Below, one piece after another: positions 38,228-48,996 of a stretch of DNA of 64,000 bases (position 1 is the first letter of the stretch; the number at the start of each line of letters is the position of its first letter). Origin of the DNA: an uncultured Dehalococcoidales bacterium (GTDB lineage Bacteria; Chloroflexota; Dehalococcoidia; GIF9; AB-539-J10); NCBI GenBank assembly GCA_964586515.1, contig CAZPGJ010000004.1, positions 154,539 through 218,538 of the forward strand, written 5' to 3'. The notes under the pieces are model-generated. The model was not told the DNA's origin. It was given only the letters and a program-made list of their open reading frames with translations, and made no database searches. The translations under genes were made by a program, and so were the position numbers.

Positions 38228-38872
38228 TCAATCTGGGATGAAGATTAGCCCCTCTTCACTATTACCTAAAGCCCCCACTCTATTTTGGTGATAGAGTGAA
38301 GCAGTGTAAGCTGCCACCGCAGCATCGCACAGGTCGTGGTCGAACATGTCTAAATATGGTTTAAGACCAGGTAAAATTTCTCCTAACCTATCCCTGAGGA
38401 AACTCATCCCTTGTTTGGTAGTTTTCCGGGGCACAGTTTTGCCAAAGAGGCGGACTTTGCTGGCAAAGGGATAGACCTCAATGACTTGACCAGCTTGTTT
38501 CACCTCACGGCCAATGCTAGTTTTGAGCTCGATACCACGGTAGATCAAGTCCTTGATAAAGGTTTTCTTGCTAGTGGGGTAACAAGGAATTCCTTGTTGC
38601 CTCAGTTCTTGGTCGCATTGCCTGTTCTTTCTTGGGAATTTGGGCTGGCAAGAGCAACTTTCCTCAAGACAGCATAACCCCAGTGGTAAGCTCAATGGGG
38701 CGTCGATGGCTATTACTTGGGGCGAATAGAAATTTAACAGAGCGACGATATCTCTGTTCTCTGTCAAGAAGCCAAAGTAAACAGGTTGTGATTTGCCATC
38801 CAATCCTAAACAAGCGCTAGGTTTGGCCTCAGTTGAGGTTAAATCAATGCCCAAAAAAGTGGGATACTTCAC
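38228..38872 (-). CDS. DUF429-like predicted nuclease
   Basis: FLGIDL, IAIDAPL, IEVYP, DLCDA. Confidence 0.7.
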   Translation of the reverse strand: MKYPTFLGIDLTSTEAKPSACLGLDGKSQPVYFGFLTENRDIVALLNFYSPQVIAIDAPLSLPLGLCCLEESCSCQPKFPRKNRQCDQELRQQGIPCYPTSKKTFIKDLIYRGIELKTSIGREVKQAGQVIEVYPFASKVRLFGKTVPRKTTKQGMSFLRDRLGEILPGLKPYLDMFDHDLCDAAVAAYTASLYHQNRVGALGNSEEGLIFIPD

Positions 38873-40275
38873 TTTACTGGAGAAGACTGTTTTCCTAACC
38901 GTTTTAATATTTCTCTAGCTGCCACTATACCTGATGCTGAAGCTTGGACTAAGCCTCGGCTGACACCGGCGCCATCGCCAGCAGCGAATATATTATGGAT
39001 CTCGGTCTCTAAACAAGGAGTCAACTTTAGCTGACTAGAGTAGAATTTAACCTCTATCCCGTAAAGCAAAGTATATGGAGAAGCTATGCCCGGAACTAGT
39101 TTGTCCATAGCCTGAAGCATTTCCACTATACTCTTGAGATAACGATAGGGGAGGGCAAAGCTTAAATCCCCCGGGGTTGCCGCTTTCAAGCTGGGTTCGG
39201 TGGAATTATTCTGGATGCGGGCTTGTGTGGAGCGGCGACCGTCCATTAAGTCCCCCAATCTCTGCACTAACACACCGCCGCTAAGGATATTAGCTAGCCT
39301 CGCCAGATACTTACCATAGGCAATAGGTTCATGGAAAGGCTCGGTGAAGGTGGTGCTCACTAAAATGGCAAAGTTAGTATTTTTTGTCCTGGGTTGGGCA
39401 TAACCAATGCCATTGACCGTAATAACAGGGTCGGAGCCACCTGTGGACTCCATAATCACCTCGCCTCCAGGACACATGCAGAATGTTCTAACCCGGTCAT
39501 TGAAACTTCGGGAATAAAATTCGAGTTTTGATTCATACAATGTCGAAGTTAATTTCTCCATGGTTGTAATTGGTACTTCGATTCGGCAACCTACATCTAC
39601 AGGGTTGGAATCGAGACTTAGTTTAAGCCTCTCGGCTTCATTGCATAGCCATTCTGACCCCTCCCTCCCCGGGGCTAGGATTAAGTAGCGACAACTTAGG
39701 CTTTCACCATGGCTAGTTTCAACAGCTTTGACCGCACCATCGTCAACTACAATATTCTCAATTGTTATTCCTAGCCTTATGTCTAATTTAGATGACAGGT
39801 AATTCTGCATAGCCTTCAATGTTTCGTGACAAAGCTCTGTCCCCAAATGGCGCAATTTAACAGGGGTTAATGTGAGCCCGACCGAGGCAGCCTCTCGCCC
39901 CAGTTCAGCTGTATTTGCTCCCATGCCATAAACTTTGAGAGGGGCGCCAAATTTGAGATAGATTGAATCCACATAATCTATAAGTGCTTGGGCTTGGTCT
40001 AAGCCGATAAGTTCTTTGAGCCGGCCGCCTACTTGGGTGGACAAAGTCAGTTTGCCATCGCTGAAAGCTCCAGCACCTCCAAAGCCACTTACTAAATTGC
40101 ACGGGGAGCAGAGTACACAGCGTCCATTTCCGTTTTGAACGGGACAAACACGAGCATCAATTTCTCCTCCCTTGTCCAGCAGCAAAACGTCGAGGCCGGC
40201 ATTACACAATTCCAAGCTGGCGAAGATACCTGCAGGACCGGCACCAACTATGGCGGCATCATAAATTTTGGCCAT
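38869..40275 (-). CDS. FAD-dependent oxidoreductase (COG2509-like)
   Basis: IVGAGPAG, GGAGAFSDGK, FCMCPGG, GDGAGVSRGL. Confidence 0.85.
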   Translation of the reverse strand: MAKIYDAAIVGAGPAGIFASLELCNAGLDVLLLDKGGEIDARVCPVQNGNGRCVLCSPCNLVSGFGGAGAFSDGKLTLSTQVGGRLKELIGLDQAQALIDYVDSIYLKFGAPLKVYGMGANTAELGREAASVGLTLTPVKLRHLGTELCHETLKAMQNYLSSKLDIRLGITIENIVVDDGAVKAVETSHGESLSCRYLILAPGREGSEWLCNEAERLKLSLDSNPVDVGCRIEVPITTMEKLTSTLYESKLEFYSRSFNDRVRTFCMCPGGEVIMESTGGSDPVITVNGIGYAQPRTKNTNFAILVSTTFTEPFHEPIAYGKYLARLANILSGGVLVQRLGDLMDGRRSTQARIQNNSTEPSLKAATPGDLSFALPYRYLKSIVEMLQAMDKLVPGIASPYTLLYGIEVKFYSSQLKLTPCLETEIHNIFAAGDGAGVSRGLVQASASGIVAAREILKRLGKQSSPVK

Positions 40276-40292
40276 TTAGGTTCATCCTAGGG

Positions 40293-41264
40293 TTATTGAC
40301 GTAACCAATCGGTTAAAAGGTTTCCAGATTTAAGGATGTCATCGGCTGCGGAGTATGGGTCGAGCTCTCCTTTTTCCACCCTCTCTATATAGCTACTCAG
40401 TTGCCCATCTTGCTCGATTAACCTGAGCAACTTATGAGTGAGTTTTCGTTCTAGAGTTTTTATGAAGTCCTGTTTTCGTTGGAGTTGGCGACGTTGTGAA
40501 AGTCGACCCTCTTTACAGAGGGCTTGGTGGTGTAATTGAATTTGTTTGTAAAGTTCCTCAATGCCGGCGTCGTTAACTGCTTCCGTGTCTACCACAGGTG
40601 TATTCCACCAACTTGGCTCACGAAGCTGTAGCATAGCTTGTATATCGCGGACAAAGTTGGCGGCACCAGGATGGTCAGCCTTATTAACTACAAATATGTC
40701 AGCGATCTCAAACAGTCCTGCTTTCATCGTCTGGATAGCGTCCCCGGATTCAGGACATAATATAACGAGCACAGTATCAGTCTTCTCCATAATATCTACC
40801 TCGCTTTGCCCTACCCCTACCGTCTCTACCAGGATAGTATCTTTACCAGCGGCGTCAAGCAACTTAATCACGGAGCTGGCAGTTTGTGGTAGCCCGCCCA
40901 CACTGCCACGAGTCGCCATACTGCGAATGAAAACTCCATCGTCAAGATAATGTTGTTGCATTCTTATCCGGTCACCTAATACGGCCCCTCCCGTGAATGG
41001 GCTTGAAGGATCTACGGCAATTATCCCGACTTTTAAGTCTTGTTTCCGCATCAATGCTGTCAGCTTGTCTATCAAAGTGCTCTTTCCTACTCCCGGGGGG
41101 CCGGTTATCCCTATGCAATATGCCTTCCCCAAGTGAGGAGCGATGAGCTTCATTATTTCGGGCACTTGGCTGCTTTCGTTTTCTACCAGGCTGATGACAC
41201 GTGATAGGGAGACGTTTTCTCCCTTAAGCATCTGTTCCACTAGCCTCATAATTTTAGGAGTCAT
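40293..41264 (-). CDS. meaB: MeaB/ArgK-type GTPase
   Basis: GITGPPGVGKST, AVDPSSPFTGG..GDRIRM, ETVGVGQ, VNKAD. Confidence 0.9.
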   Translation of the reverse strand: MTPKIMRLVEQMLKGENVSLSRVISLVENESSQVPEIMKLIAPHLGKAYCIGITGPPGVGKSTLIDKLTALMRKQDLKVGIIAVDPSSPFTGGAVLGDRIRMQQHYLDDGVFIRSMATRGSVGGLPQTASSVIKLLDAAGKDTILVETVGVGQSEVDIMEKTDTVLVILCPESGDAIQTMKAGLFEIADIFVVNKADHPGAANFVRDIQAMLQLREPSWWNTPVVDTEAVNDAGIEELYKQIQLHHQALCKEGRLSQRRQLQRKQDFIKTLERKLTHKLLRLIEQDGQLSSYIERVEKGELDPYSAADDILKSGNLLTDWLRQ

Positions 41265-41417
41265 CTATTATGGGGTGAGGTTATTTTATAGCTTTCCAGA
41301 TTAGCGGTCAAATAAGTTTACTGATATGGTAAGAAGGGCCGAAGCTCAATTCAATTGCGAGCTAAGAAAGTCTGTAGACAGGCACTAACAAAATTGTTTG
41401 GCGATTCGCGTCTTTCT

Positions 41418-42056
41418 TTACACTGGTTTGCCCACAGGCATTATGTATAGGGGCTTAATTTGTTCATCTACCCCGAGGACTGTCCTCACCTCTTCATCAT
41501 CGAAGGCGCCAACTTCCACTGTGGCCAGTCCTAAAGCCACGGCTTGAAGATGGATGTTTTCACCTGCATGTCCTACCTCTATGTGAACATATCTCTCTCC
41601 ACGTCTGCCATATCTGTAGGAAGTCCTGTGATAAAGAGCGCAGATGACAATATCCACCGGGGCGTCGATAATAAATTCTTGGTTCGGAGTTGCTTTGGCT
41701 AAATCTGGTCTTAAATCGGCCGGTTTGTGTAAGCTCAAGGAATGGGAATCTGCTTCATAATGGTAAATGCCGGCTTGTAGTTCTTCGGGGGCTTGCTTTG
41801 CCTCGCTGGTAGTGACACAATGTTTGCCAACGACCACAAAAATTTCTAGGGGATAGGTAGCTCCAGCACTGGGCGCTGCCCTAAACCCTCTAGTTCCGGT
41901 GATGCCCTGGGCCGACCAGAGTATTTGACTCAATTGAGGTGAATCTAGCGGCTCCCTACGGTATCTACGAACTGATCTACGCCTTAGTATCGTTTCCTCT
42001 AATGAAACCTTGCCTTTCAACTGAGGAGAAGGAAGCTTAATTATGGTTTGCCCCAT
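41418..42056 (-). CDS. SagB/ThcOx family nitroreductase-like dehydrogenase
   Basis: RRSVRRY, PSAGATYPLE, EVGHAGENIHLQA, VGAFDD. Confidence 0.88.
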   Translation of the reverse strand: MGQTIIKLPSPQLKGKVSLEETILRRRSVRRYRREPLDSPQLSQILWSAQGITGTRGFRAAPSAGATYPLEIFVVVGKHCVTTSEAKQAPEELQAGIYHYEADSHSLSLHKPADLRPDLAKATPNQEFIIDAPVDIVICALYHRTSYRYGRRGERYVHIEVGHAGENIHLQAVALGLATVEVGAFDDEEVRTVLGVDEQIKPLYIMPVGKPV

Positions 42057-42094
42057 GCCAGATTCTTTGCTACACACAGAATAACAAATAATGT

Positions 42095-43552
42095 TTAGCC
42101 CTTGATAACTCCCATAGGTATAGCCATAGCCACTTTTCTGGAAATGCCAGCTTGGTGAACAACATCTATGACTTCAGTAACATCTTTGTAAGCCTGAGAA
42201 GCCTCTTCAGCTAGCGCAGAAATGCTTCCTGCTTTAACAGTGATACCTCTACTTTCTAGTTCTCGTATGACATCTGTTCCTCTGATACTTCGTTTGGCAG
42301 CACCCCGGCTTAGTACCCTACCCGCGCCGTGACAGGTGGAGCCAAAGCTTTCCTTCATGGCTTTCTCAGTACCCACAGCAACAAAGGAACAACGTCCCAT
42401 GTCTCCGGGCACGAGCACAGGTTGCCCGACCTCTCTGTAGCGTCTGGGAGTATCCTTATGGCCTGCTGGAAAAGCCCTGGTAGCTCCTTTGCGGTGAACG
42501 CAGACCTTAACCTTGCGACCATCTATCGTGTGTTCTTCTATTTTGGCTATGTTATGAGCAACATCATAAACCTGCCTCATGTCCAGTTTCTCAGGACTTT
42601 TACCGAAAATTTTAGAGAAACTTTCTCTAACCCAGTGGGCAATGCACTGTCGGTTAGCCCAGGCATAGTTAGCAGCGCATGCCATAGCACTTAAATAATC
42701 TTGGCCTTCCGGTGACTCTATGGGAGCACAAGCAAGTTGCCGGTCGGGGAGCTTTATCCCATACTTTGATACCACCTGCTCCATGACCCGCAGATGGTCA
42801 GTACATACTTGGTGACCAAAGCCGCGAGAGCCTGTGTGAATTAAAACCAATATCTGACCTATCTCAGCGATGCCCATAATGTTAGCTATGTGGGAATCGA
42901 ATATCTCCTTCACTACTTGAATCTCAAGAAAATGATTTCCTGAGCCTAATGTCCCTGCCTGAGGTGTACCCCTTTTTGCTGCTTTATCGCTTATTTTATT
43001 GGGATCAGCACCACCGAGACATCCACCTTCTTCAGTAACATCCAAATCTTCCTCGGAGCCCAGGCCACGCTTCACTGCCCAACGGGCCCCTTCAACCATC
43101 AAGTGATTCATCTCTTTTTGACTTACCTTTATTTTCCCTTCAGAGCCAAGGCCTGATGGCACGTTAAGAAATAATTCATTAATGAGCTCACTAATTCTAG
43201 GTCGCACTTCAGCTTCGCTGAGATTGGTACGCAATAACCTTACACCACAATTAATATCATAACCCACTCCCCCTGGGGAAACTACACCATCCTTAATATC
43301 CATTGCTGCCACTCCGCCTATAGGGAAGCCATAGCCCCAGTGGATATCCGGCATGGCAAGGGAGTAACCTACTATACCGGGAAGAAAGGCAACATTAGCA
43401 ACTTGTTCTGGCGTTTGTTCCTCACGTATAGATTCCAGCATTTCCTTACTGGCATATATTAGGCCAGAAACCCTCATACCAGTTTTATAATCTTCGGGAA
43501 TCTTCCACCGATAATCGTCTATCTTAATAAGCTGTCCTTGCCAGCGCGCCAT
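42095..43552 (-). CDS. rtcB: RNA-splicing/repair ligase RtcB
   Basis: PDIHWGYGFPIGG, YDINCGVR, GSGNHFLE, HRKGATRA, STCHGAGR. Confidence 0.96.
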   Translation of the reverse strand: MARWQGQLIKIDDYRWKIPEDYKTGMRVSGLIYASKEMLESIREEQTPEQVANVAFLPGIVGYSLAMPDIHWGYGFPIGGVAAMDIKDGVVSPGGVGYDINCGVRLLRTNLSEAEVRPRISELINELFLNVPSGLGSEGKIKVSQKEMNHLMVEGARWAVKRGLGSEEDLDVTEEGGCLGGADPNKISDKAAKRGTPQAGTLGSGNHFLEIQVVKEIFDSHIANIMGIAEIGQILVLIHTGSRGFGHQVCTDHLRVMEQVVSKYGIKLPDRQLACAPIESPEGQDYLSAMACAANYAWANRQCIAHWVRESFSKIFGKSPEKLDMRQVYDVAHNIAKIEEHTIDGRKVKVCVHRKGATRAFPAGHKDTPRRYREVGQPVLVPGDMGRCSFVAVGTEKAMKESFGSTCHGAGRVLSRGAAKRSIRGTDVIRELESRGITVKAGSISALAEEASQAYKDVTEVIDVVHQAGISRKVAMAIPMGVIKG

Positions 43553-43563
43553 CTCCGTAGCTC

Positions 43564-43983
43564 CTAAATGTCGAGAATTATCTGTGCCCTGTAGCCATCA
43601 CTATTTTTATCTAGCTTTAACATATGATATGTGGCTGCTTTTACCCCTCTCTTTATCTTGTGTTTCACTGGGTCAAAACCTTCTCCATGGCAGGTAGCCT
43701 TAAGTTCATTGTGAGTCAAACTTTCAATATCGAATCGGTTGAACAGAATGTGTTTGGCATCAAAAAAGTAAATGAGTTCATTAAGCCATTCAACGAGCAA
43801 GCTGTCTCTGTCATCGCTGCTTACTTTCAGATTGAAGTGCGATTTCTCTTCAATACTTTCGGGCTCAGTGATCAAACTGAACAGAGCCAGAGCAGCGTTG
43901 GAAAAGAGCTCTTCGATATCTGTCCCATAGGCAATGATGCCTATGTCGGCAGCGTGGTCAATTATTTCAAAAGCCTTTTTCAT
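43564..43983 (-). CDS. Archease
   Basis: FEIIDHAADIGI, VKAATYH, ILDI C-terminus; directly upstream of rtcB. Confidence 0.92.
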   Translation of the reverse strand: MKKAFEIIDHAADIGIIAYGTDIEELFSNAALALFSLITEPESIEEKSHFNLKVSSDDRDSLLVEWLNELIYFFDAKHILFNRFDIESLTHNELKATCHGEGFDPVKHKIKRGVKAATYHMLKLDKNSDGYRAQIILDI

Positions 43984-44301
43984 TCCTCTAATGTCCATTA
44001 TACTAAAATAGCAACGACATCTCCATTTATGCTGGCTCTTTTTGCACTTCGCTCAAGCTGTTGTTACAATCAATGCTGAAGACAGTAAAGTAGGCATCTT
44101 CCCCGCGAGCTGTGCGATTTGGCAAATTATCAATTACCTTGTATTATTAAGGTAGTAATGGGCAAATGCCTGTGTCCAATTTGACTTCTGTGTGTGGAAA
44201 GTTATATGGTTCTAGCGATGCAGCGAATAAATACTAAAGACAAAGTGAACCTACAGCTAGCAGCCCATTATAAAGAATTTGTCTGTAAAAGGTAGATAGT
44301 A

Positions 44302-45420
44302 ATGCCCTCCCAGCATTATATGGAATGTGCTTTATCTCTGGCTAGGTTAGCTATGGGATGTACCAGTCCTAACCCGGCAGTGGGGGCAGTAGTTGTTAAG
44401 GATGGACTTGCTGTCGGCATGGGATATACTCAGCCTGCTGGCTCGGATCATGCTGAGATTATGGCGCTCCGTCAGGCTGGTGATAAGGCGCAGAGTGCTA
44501 CCATGTATGTTACCCTGGAGCCTTGTCCTCATTATGGGCGCACTCCACCTTGCACTGAAGCTATAATTGATGCCGGCATTTCAGAGGTTCATATAGCCTT
44601 GCTTGACCCCAACCCTGTGGTTTCCGGGCGTGGGGTAAGCAGGCTAAATGCAGGAGGCATCAAGACCCATATAGGCATGTGTCAGCAAGAAGCTTATGAA
44701 ATAAACGAGGCTTATATTAAGCACATTACTACGGGATTACCATTTGTCGTGGCCAAATTCGCCATGAGCCTTGACGGCAAGATTGCTACCAAAACTGGTG
44801 ATTCTAAATGGATAACCAAGGAAGAGGCAAGAAAGTATGCGCATGCCCTGCGCCATACTGTCGACGCCATAATGGTAGGGGTAAACACCATTATTGCTGA
44901 TAATCCTCGCCTCACCGCTAGAGGTTGTGGTGGTAGAGGTGGTATAGGAAAAATGCAGCCTCTACGTCTGGTTGTTGATAGTAAAGGAAAAGCACCGTTG
45001 AACGCTCATATTTTTGAGCCGCCAGGTGAGGTTTTGCTCGCTGTAGCAGCACCTTTTGACTCTGTAAAGAAGGAAAAATTTGTACAGGCGGGTGCCGAAG
45101 TACTGGAATTGCCGGCCAGAGAAGGCTCGGTAGATATTGTGGAGTTATTGAAGTTGTTGGGGAGGCGAAAGATTGTCACTGTCCTAGTGGAGGGAGGTGG
45201 TAAGCTTCTTGGTTCACTTTTTGACCACCACTTAGTGGATAAAGTATTGGCTTTCATTTCACCGATCATCATTGGCGGCCATGAGGCTGTATGTGTGGGG
45301 GGAAATGGCGTTGACAATATAGCGAAGGCTCTGCGCCTTAGTCGAGTTGACATTAAGAGTTTCGGTGATGACATATTAGTTAGTGGATACGTGGAGAAAC
45401 AATTACCGCAAGAGGCGTAG
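44302..45420 (+). CDS. ribD: Riboflavin biosynthesis deaminase/reductase
   Basis: PNPAVGAV, HAE, TLEPCPH..TPPC, SLDGK, VEGG. Confidence 0.95.
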   Translation: MPSQHYMECALSLARLAMGCTSPNPAVGAVVVKDGLAVGMGYTQPAGSDHAEIMALRQAGDKAQSATMYVTLEPCPHYGRTPPCTEAIIDAGISEVHIALLDPNPVVSGRGVSRLNAGGIKTHIGMCQQEAYEINEAYIKHITTGLPFVVAKFAMSLDGKIATKTGDSKWITKEEARKYAHALRHTVDAIMVGVNTIIADNPRLTARGCGGRGGIGKMQPLRLVVDSKGKAPLNAHIFEPPGEVLLAVAAPFDSVKKEKFVQAGAEVLELPAREGSVDIVELLKLLGRRKIVTVLVEGGGKLLGSLFDHHLVDKVLAFISPIIIGGHEAVCVGGNGVDNIAKALRLSRVDIKSFGDDILVSGYVEKQLPQEA

Positions 45421-45437
45421 GTTCTTAGGTGTCTGGT

Positions 45438-46079
45438 ATGTTCACAGGGATAGTTGAAGAGATTGGTATAGTTAAGGGAACAAGCCGAGACCACTTGGCC
45501 TTCGAAGCCCACAAGGTACTTGAAGGAACGAAGGTGGGCGATAGCATAGCTGTTAATGGTGTTTGCTTAACTGTTGTCTCCTTGGAAAATCATGGCTTCA
45601 GTGTTAATGTTATGCCTGAGACATTACGTTGCACTAATCTTGGTAGACTTCATTATAGCGACCAGGTAAATTTGGAAAGGGCACTGGTACTGGGGGGACG
45701 TCTGGGTGGCCATTTGGTGTTGGGTCATGTCGATGATACGGGAGAGGTAATGGATGTAATCAGCGAAGAAACCGCGCGTATTATGAGGATTTCAGCACCA
45801 GCTAAACTGATGCCGTACATTGTAGATAAAGGCTTTATCGCTGTTGATGGTGTTAGTCTCACCATTGTAGACCTCGATGATTTTTCTTTTGTTGTGTCTC
45901 TAGTAACTTATACTATGGAACATACTACGTTAGGGGGGAAAAGACCTGGGGACGTAGTCAATTTAGAAATAGATATCTTAGCTAAATATGTGGAAAATCT
46001 TAAGGAGCGAAAAAGGCAAAGTTTAAACCTCGAGTTCCTTAGGGAATATGGATTTGTAGGGGGAATAGATGCTGGCTAG
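45438..46079 (+). CDS. ribE: Riboflavin synthase
   Basis: [35 protein letters not shown]. Confidence 0.95.
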   Translation: MFTGIVEEIGIVKGTSRDHLAFEAHKVLEGTKVGDSIAVNGVCLTVVSLENHGFSVNVMPETLRCTNLGRLHYSDQVNLERALVLGGRLGGHLVLGHVDDTGEVMDVISEETARIMRISAPAKLMPYIVDKGFIAVDGVSLTIVDLDDFSFVVSLVTYTMEHTTLGGKRPGDVVNLEIDILAKYVENLKERKRQSLNLEFLREYGFVGGIDAG

Positions 46080-47271
46080 TATTTCAGAGGCAATTGAAGA
46101 TATAAGGGCAGGCAAGTTTATCATTATCGTTGATGATGAGTCGCGTGAAAATGAAGGGGACCTGGCCATGGCTGCCGAGAAGGTTACCCCTGAGGCGATA
46201 AATTTTATGGCTAAGCATGGGCGAGGACTGATTTGCTTTCCTATTACTGGCCAAAGGCTCGACGAATTAGGAATACCACTGATGGTTACCAATAACACCT
46301 CACGCTACTCCACTGCCTTCACAGTTTCTATTGAGGCCAAGGATAAGGTTACTACTGGCATCTCTGCCTTTGATCGAGCACAAACCATAAAAACGGTGCT
46401 TGATCCTAATACCAAGACGGGTGACCTAGCTCAGCCTGGGCATATATTCCCTATTCGAGCCAAAGATGGTGGGGTGCTAGTACGCGCAGGGCACAGCGAA
46501 GCTATTGTTGATCTGGCTAGACTGGCTGGGCTTTATCCTGCTGGTGTTATATGCGAGGTCATGGATGAGGATGGCACTATGAGGCGTCTGCCTCAACTTG
46601 AAGCTATGGCTTCTAAGTTTGACTTAAAGATAATAACCATCGTTGATTTGATTGCTTACCGTCTTCGCCATGAAAAACTGGTGCAAAGAGTAACCGAGGC
46701 TAAGCTGCCTACTAAGTATGGCGAATTTACAGCCGTGGCTTACAAGAGTGCTGTTGATGCCGCTGAGCATATCGCTCTAGTCAAAGGTGACATATCGAGT
46801 GATGAACCAGTCTTAGTACGTGTTCACAGTGAGTGTCTCACCGGAGATGTCTTTGGTAGTTTGAGATGCGATTGTGGAGCCCAGATTGAAATGGCTTTGC
46901 AAAGAATAGCCAAAGAAGATCGAGGTGTTTTCGTTTATATGAGACAGGAAGGGAGGGGGATCGGGTTTCACAACAAGCTTCGCGCCTATGCTCTTCAGGA
47001 TCAAGGAATGGATACCGTGGAGGCTAATATAGCTTTAGGTTTTGCTCCTGATTTAAGAGATTATGGGGTGGGTGCCCAGATTTTGGCCGACTTAGGTTTA
47101 CATAATATTCGATTACTCACCAATAATCCTAAGAAAGTGATCGGGCTGGAAAGCTATGGGATTAAAATAGTAGAGACTGTTCCCCTAATAGCCCCGGCTA
47201 CTCCTTATAATATCCACTACTTAGAAACCAAGCAAAAGAAGTTAGGACATATTCTAAATCTAGAAAAATGA
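46069..47271 (+). CDS. ribBA: DHBP synthase / GTP cyclohydrolase II
   Basis: [33 protein letters not shown]. Confidence 0.96.
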   Translation: MLASISEAIEDIRAGKFIIIVDDESRENEGDLAMAAEKVTPEAINFMAKHGRGLICFPITGQRLDELGIPLMVTNNTSRYSTAFTVSIEAKDKVTTGISAFDRAQTIKTVLDPNTKTGDLAQPGHIFPIRAKDGGVLVRAGHSEAIVDLARLAGLYPAGVICEVMDEDGTMRRLPQLEAMASKFDLKIITIVDLIAYRLRHEKLVQRVTEAKLPTKYGEFTAVAYKSAVDAAEHIALVKGDISSDEPVLVRVHSECLTGDVFGSLRCDCGAQIEMALQRIAKEDRGVFVYMRQEGRGIGFHNKLRAYALQDQGMDTVEANIALGFAPDLRDYGVGAQILADLGLHNIRLLTNNPKKVIGLESYGIKIVETVPLIAPATPYNIHYLETKQKKLGHILNLEK

Positions 47272-47358
47272 CAAATGACAAAGCTCAAACGTCAAAGAGA
47301 GATAGTGTTTAGGCAGTTGAAATTGATTTGAAATTTGGATTTTGAAATTTGGCATTTG
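47266..47358. repeat. Heptamer repeats in inverted arrangement
   Basis: AAATGAC AAATGAC AAAGCTC AAACGTC, then a short spacer, then TTTGAAA TTTGGAT TTTGAAA TTTGGCA. Confidence 0.7.
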
Positions 47359-47376
47359 TTTATAGGAGGGTAAATA

Positions 47377-47847
47377 ATGGCTAAGCATCATTATGAAGGT
47401 ATCCTGATAGGAAAAGGTCTTAAGTTTGCTGTGGTTGTTTCTCGATTTAATGAGTTAATAACCACGAAGCTGCTTGAGGGAGCAAGAGACGCTTTATTGC
47501 GCCATGGTGTTGCTGAGGGGGACATCGATATTGTCTGGACTCCAGGTTGTCTAGAGATCCCACTTATAAGCGAAAAATTAGCACAAAGTAATAAGTATGA
47601 TGCCATAGTATGTCTTGGTGCGGTAATTCGCGGCGGCACTCCTCATTCTGAGTATGTTGCTTCCGAGGTAAACAGAGGAATTGGCAGAGTGAGTTTGGAT
47701 ACTGGCCTACCCGTAATACAAGGCATAATCACAGCTGATACTTTGGAGCAGGCCATCCAGAGAGCAGGGGCTAAAGAGGGTAATAAAGGCTTTGCTGCTG
47801 CGGTAAGCGCTATTGAAATGGCAAATCTGCTTAAGGCTATTCAGTGA
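47377..47847 (+). CDS. ribH: Lumazine synthase
   Basis: [25 protein letters not shown]. Confidence 0.95.
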   Translation: MAKHHYEGILIGKGLKFAVVVSRFNELITTKLLEGARDALLRHGVAEGDIDIVWTPGCLEIPLISEKLAQSNKYDAIVCLGAVIRGGTPHSEYVASEVNRGIGRVSLDTGLPVIQGIITADTLEQAIQRAGAKEGNKGFAAAVSAIEMANLLKAIQ

Positions 47848-48091
47848 CTTTATAGACTTTGTCACCTCGCCTTACTCTATCAGGAACTTTTATGCCCACA
47901 AGGTCACCGCGCTTGCCCGCGGTGATGTTAACGCGCTCAATCTGCATAGATTCTACAGCTAGTTCCATGTCTGTAGTGCTGCCCTTGATATGGATTTTAT
48001 CACCAATTTTCAATGTGCCGCTTAGCTCTATACCAGCTACCACAGGCTTAGCAAAAAAATCTGTTACCTTGCCAATCTCTACATCCGGCAT
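47837..48091 (-). CDS. Small translation-factor-type beta-barrel protein
   Basis: [43 protein letters not shown]; GGAGG RBS before ATG 48091. Confidence 0.75.
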   Translation of the reverse strand: MPDVEIGKVTDFFAKPVVAGIELSGTLKIGDKIHIKGSTTDMELAVESMQIERVNITAGKRGDLVGIKVPDRVRRGDKVYKVTE

Positions 48092-48203
48092 TTCCAGGAC
48101 CTCCCTTCTTAGAGATAATGTACACCCTTCGGGGTCAAAAATCAACAGGCGAAGGTGATACTGTGACATTCAGCTGGCAGTGATTCAACAAACAGAAGGG
48201 CTA

Positions 48204-48232
48204 TTGACACCGAAAATAGAGAATATTAATAT
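48204..48232 (+). promoter_or_regulatory. Sigma70-type promoter
   Basis: TTGACA-17 nt-TAATAT. Confidence 0.55.
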
Positions 48233-48392
48233 TGAAGTAGCAACTCAAAAGCCCAGCTAAGCCTGGGACCATATGGATCTATAAATCGAACGTCTGAAGA
48301 AAAAGACAACACCGTAATCGTTTCACAATTTTGCTCATTTTGAATGGACTAAGCCAATGTGAACCACAAATATTCAGAAAGGAGGTGATTCC

Positions 48393-48599
48393 ATGCCACA
48401 GTCGATAGAGTATCAAAAAGTGATGACGGAGATAGTGTACATCAATCTGCCTGGCCCAAGCGAGCCCACCGACAGAATGACGGGTGGTGAACTATTGCAT
48501 GGTTTTCTAGCAGATTTGTATGCGACGTCAAACCCAGATACCAAGGCCTTTGTCATGGCTTTGTGCAACAAGTGGAATGTGCGTTACCGCCAACTGTAG
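48393..48599 (+). CDS. Hypothetical 68-aa protein
   Basis: AAAGGAGGTGAT RBS, upstream promoter, plausible composition. Confidence 0.75.
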   Translation: MPQSIEYQKVMTEIVYINLPGPSEPTDRMTGGELLHGFLADLYATSNPDTKAFVMALCNKWNVRYRQL

Positions 48600-48920
48600 G
48601 GCACAACTTGTTAGCTAAATACAGGATTGGCAGCGGCTGATGTCTAGTTCAAGACTAGCATAGAGCACTATTCAAGGTATCCTGGTTAGAAGTTTCGCTC
48701 GAAACAAAAGAGCTGAGCAAATAGACGAGGCCTTCAAACTCGAGGGGTAATTGCGTATTGTCAGCCAAAATGGGACATAATTAAGACAACAGTTGATGGG
48801 TATTTAGGGGCTTGTCCTGCCCCCGGGAGGAAGTAGATAGGTGTATGTAGGTGACGAAAGTGGGACGATTTGACCTTTTGGGGGCCCGGTGTTACCTATG
48901 TGGTCAGCCAGGACAATACC

Positions 48921-48949
48921 TTGACAAGTTGTGCTGCTAAGCTTATGAT
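48921..48949 (+). promoter_or_regulatory. Sigma70-type promoter
   Basis: TTGACA-17 nt-TATGAT. Confidence 0.7.
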
Positions 48950-48996
48950 AGTAAATCAATGAACCCACAAATAAATCTAATTGGAGGTAGTGCGCC

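Noticed and set aside
44000-44301. FMN riboswitch upstream of ribD
   Set aside because: The conserved AGGGCGGGGTGAAATTCCC-type core is absent.
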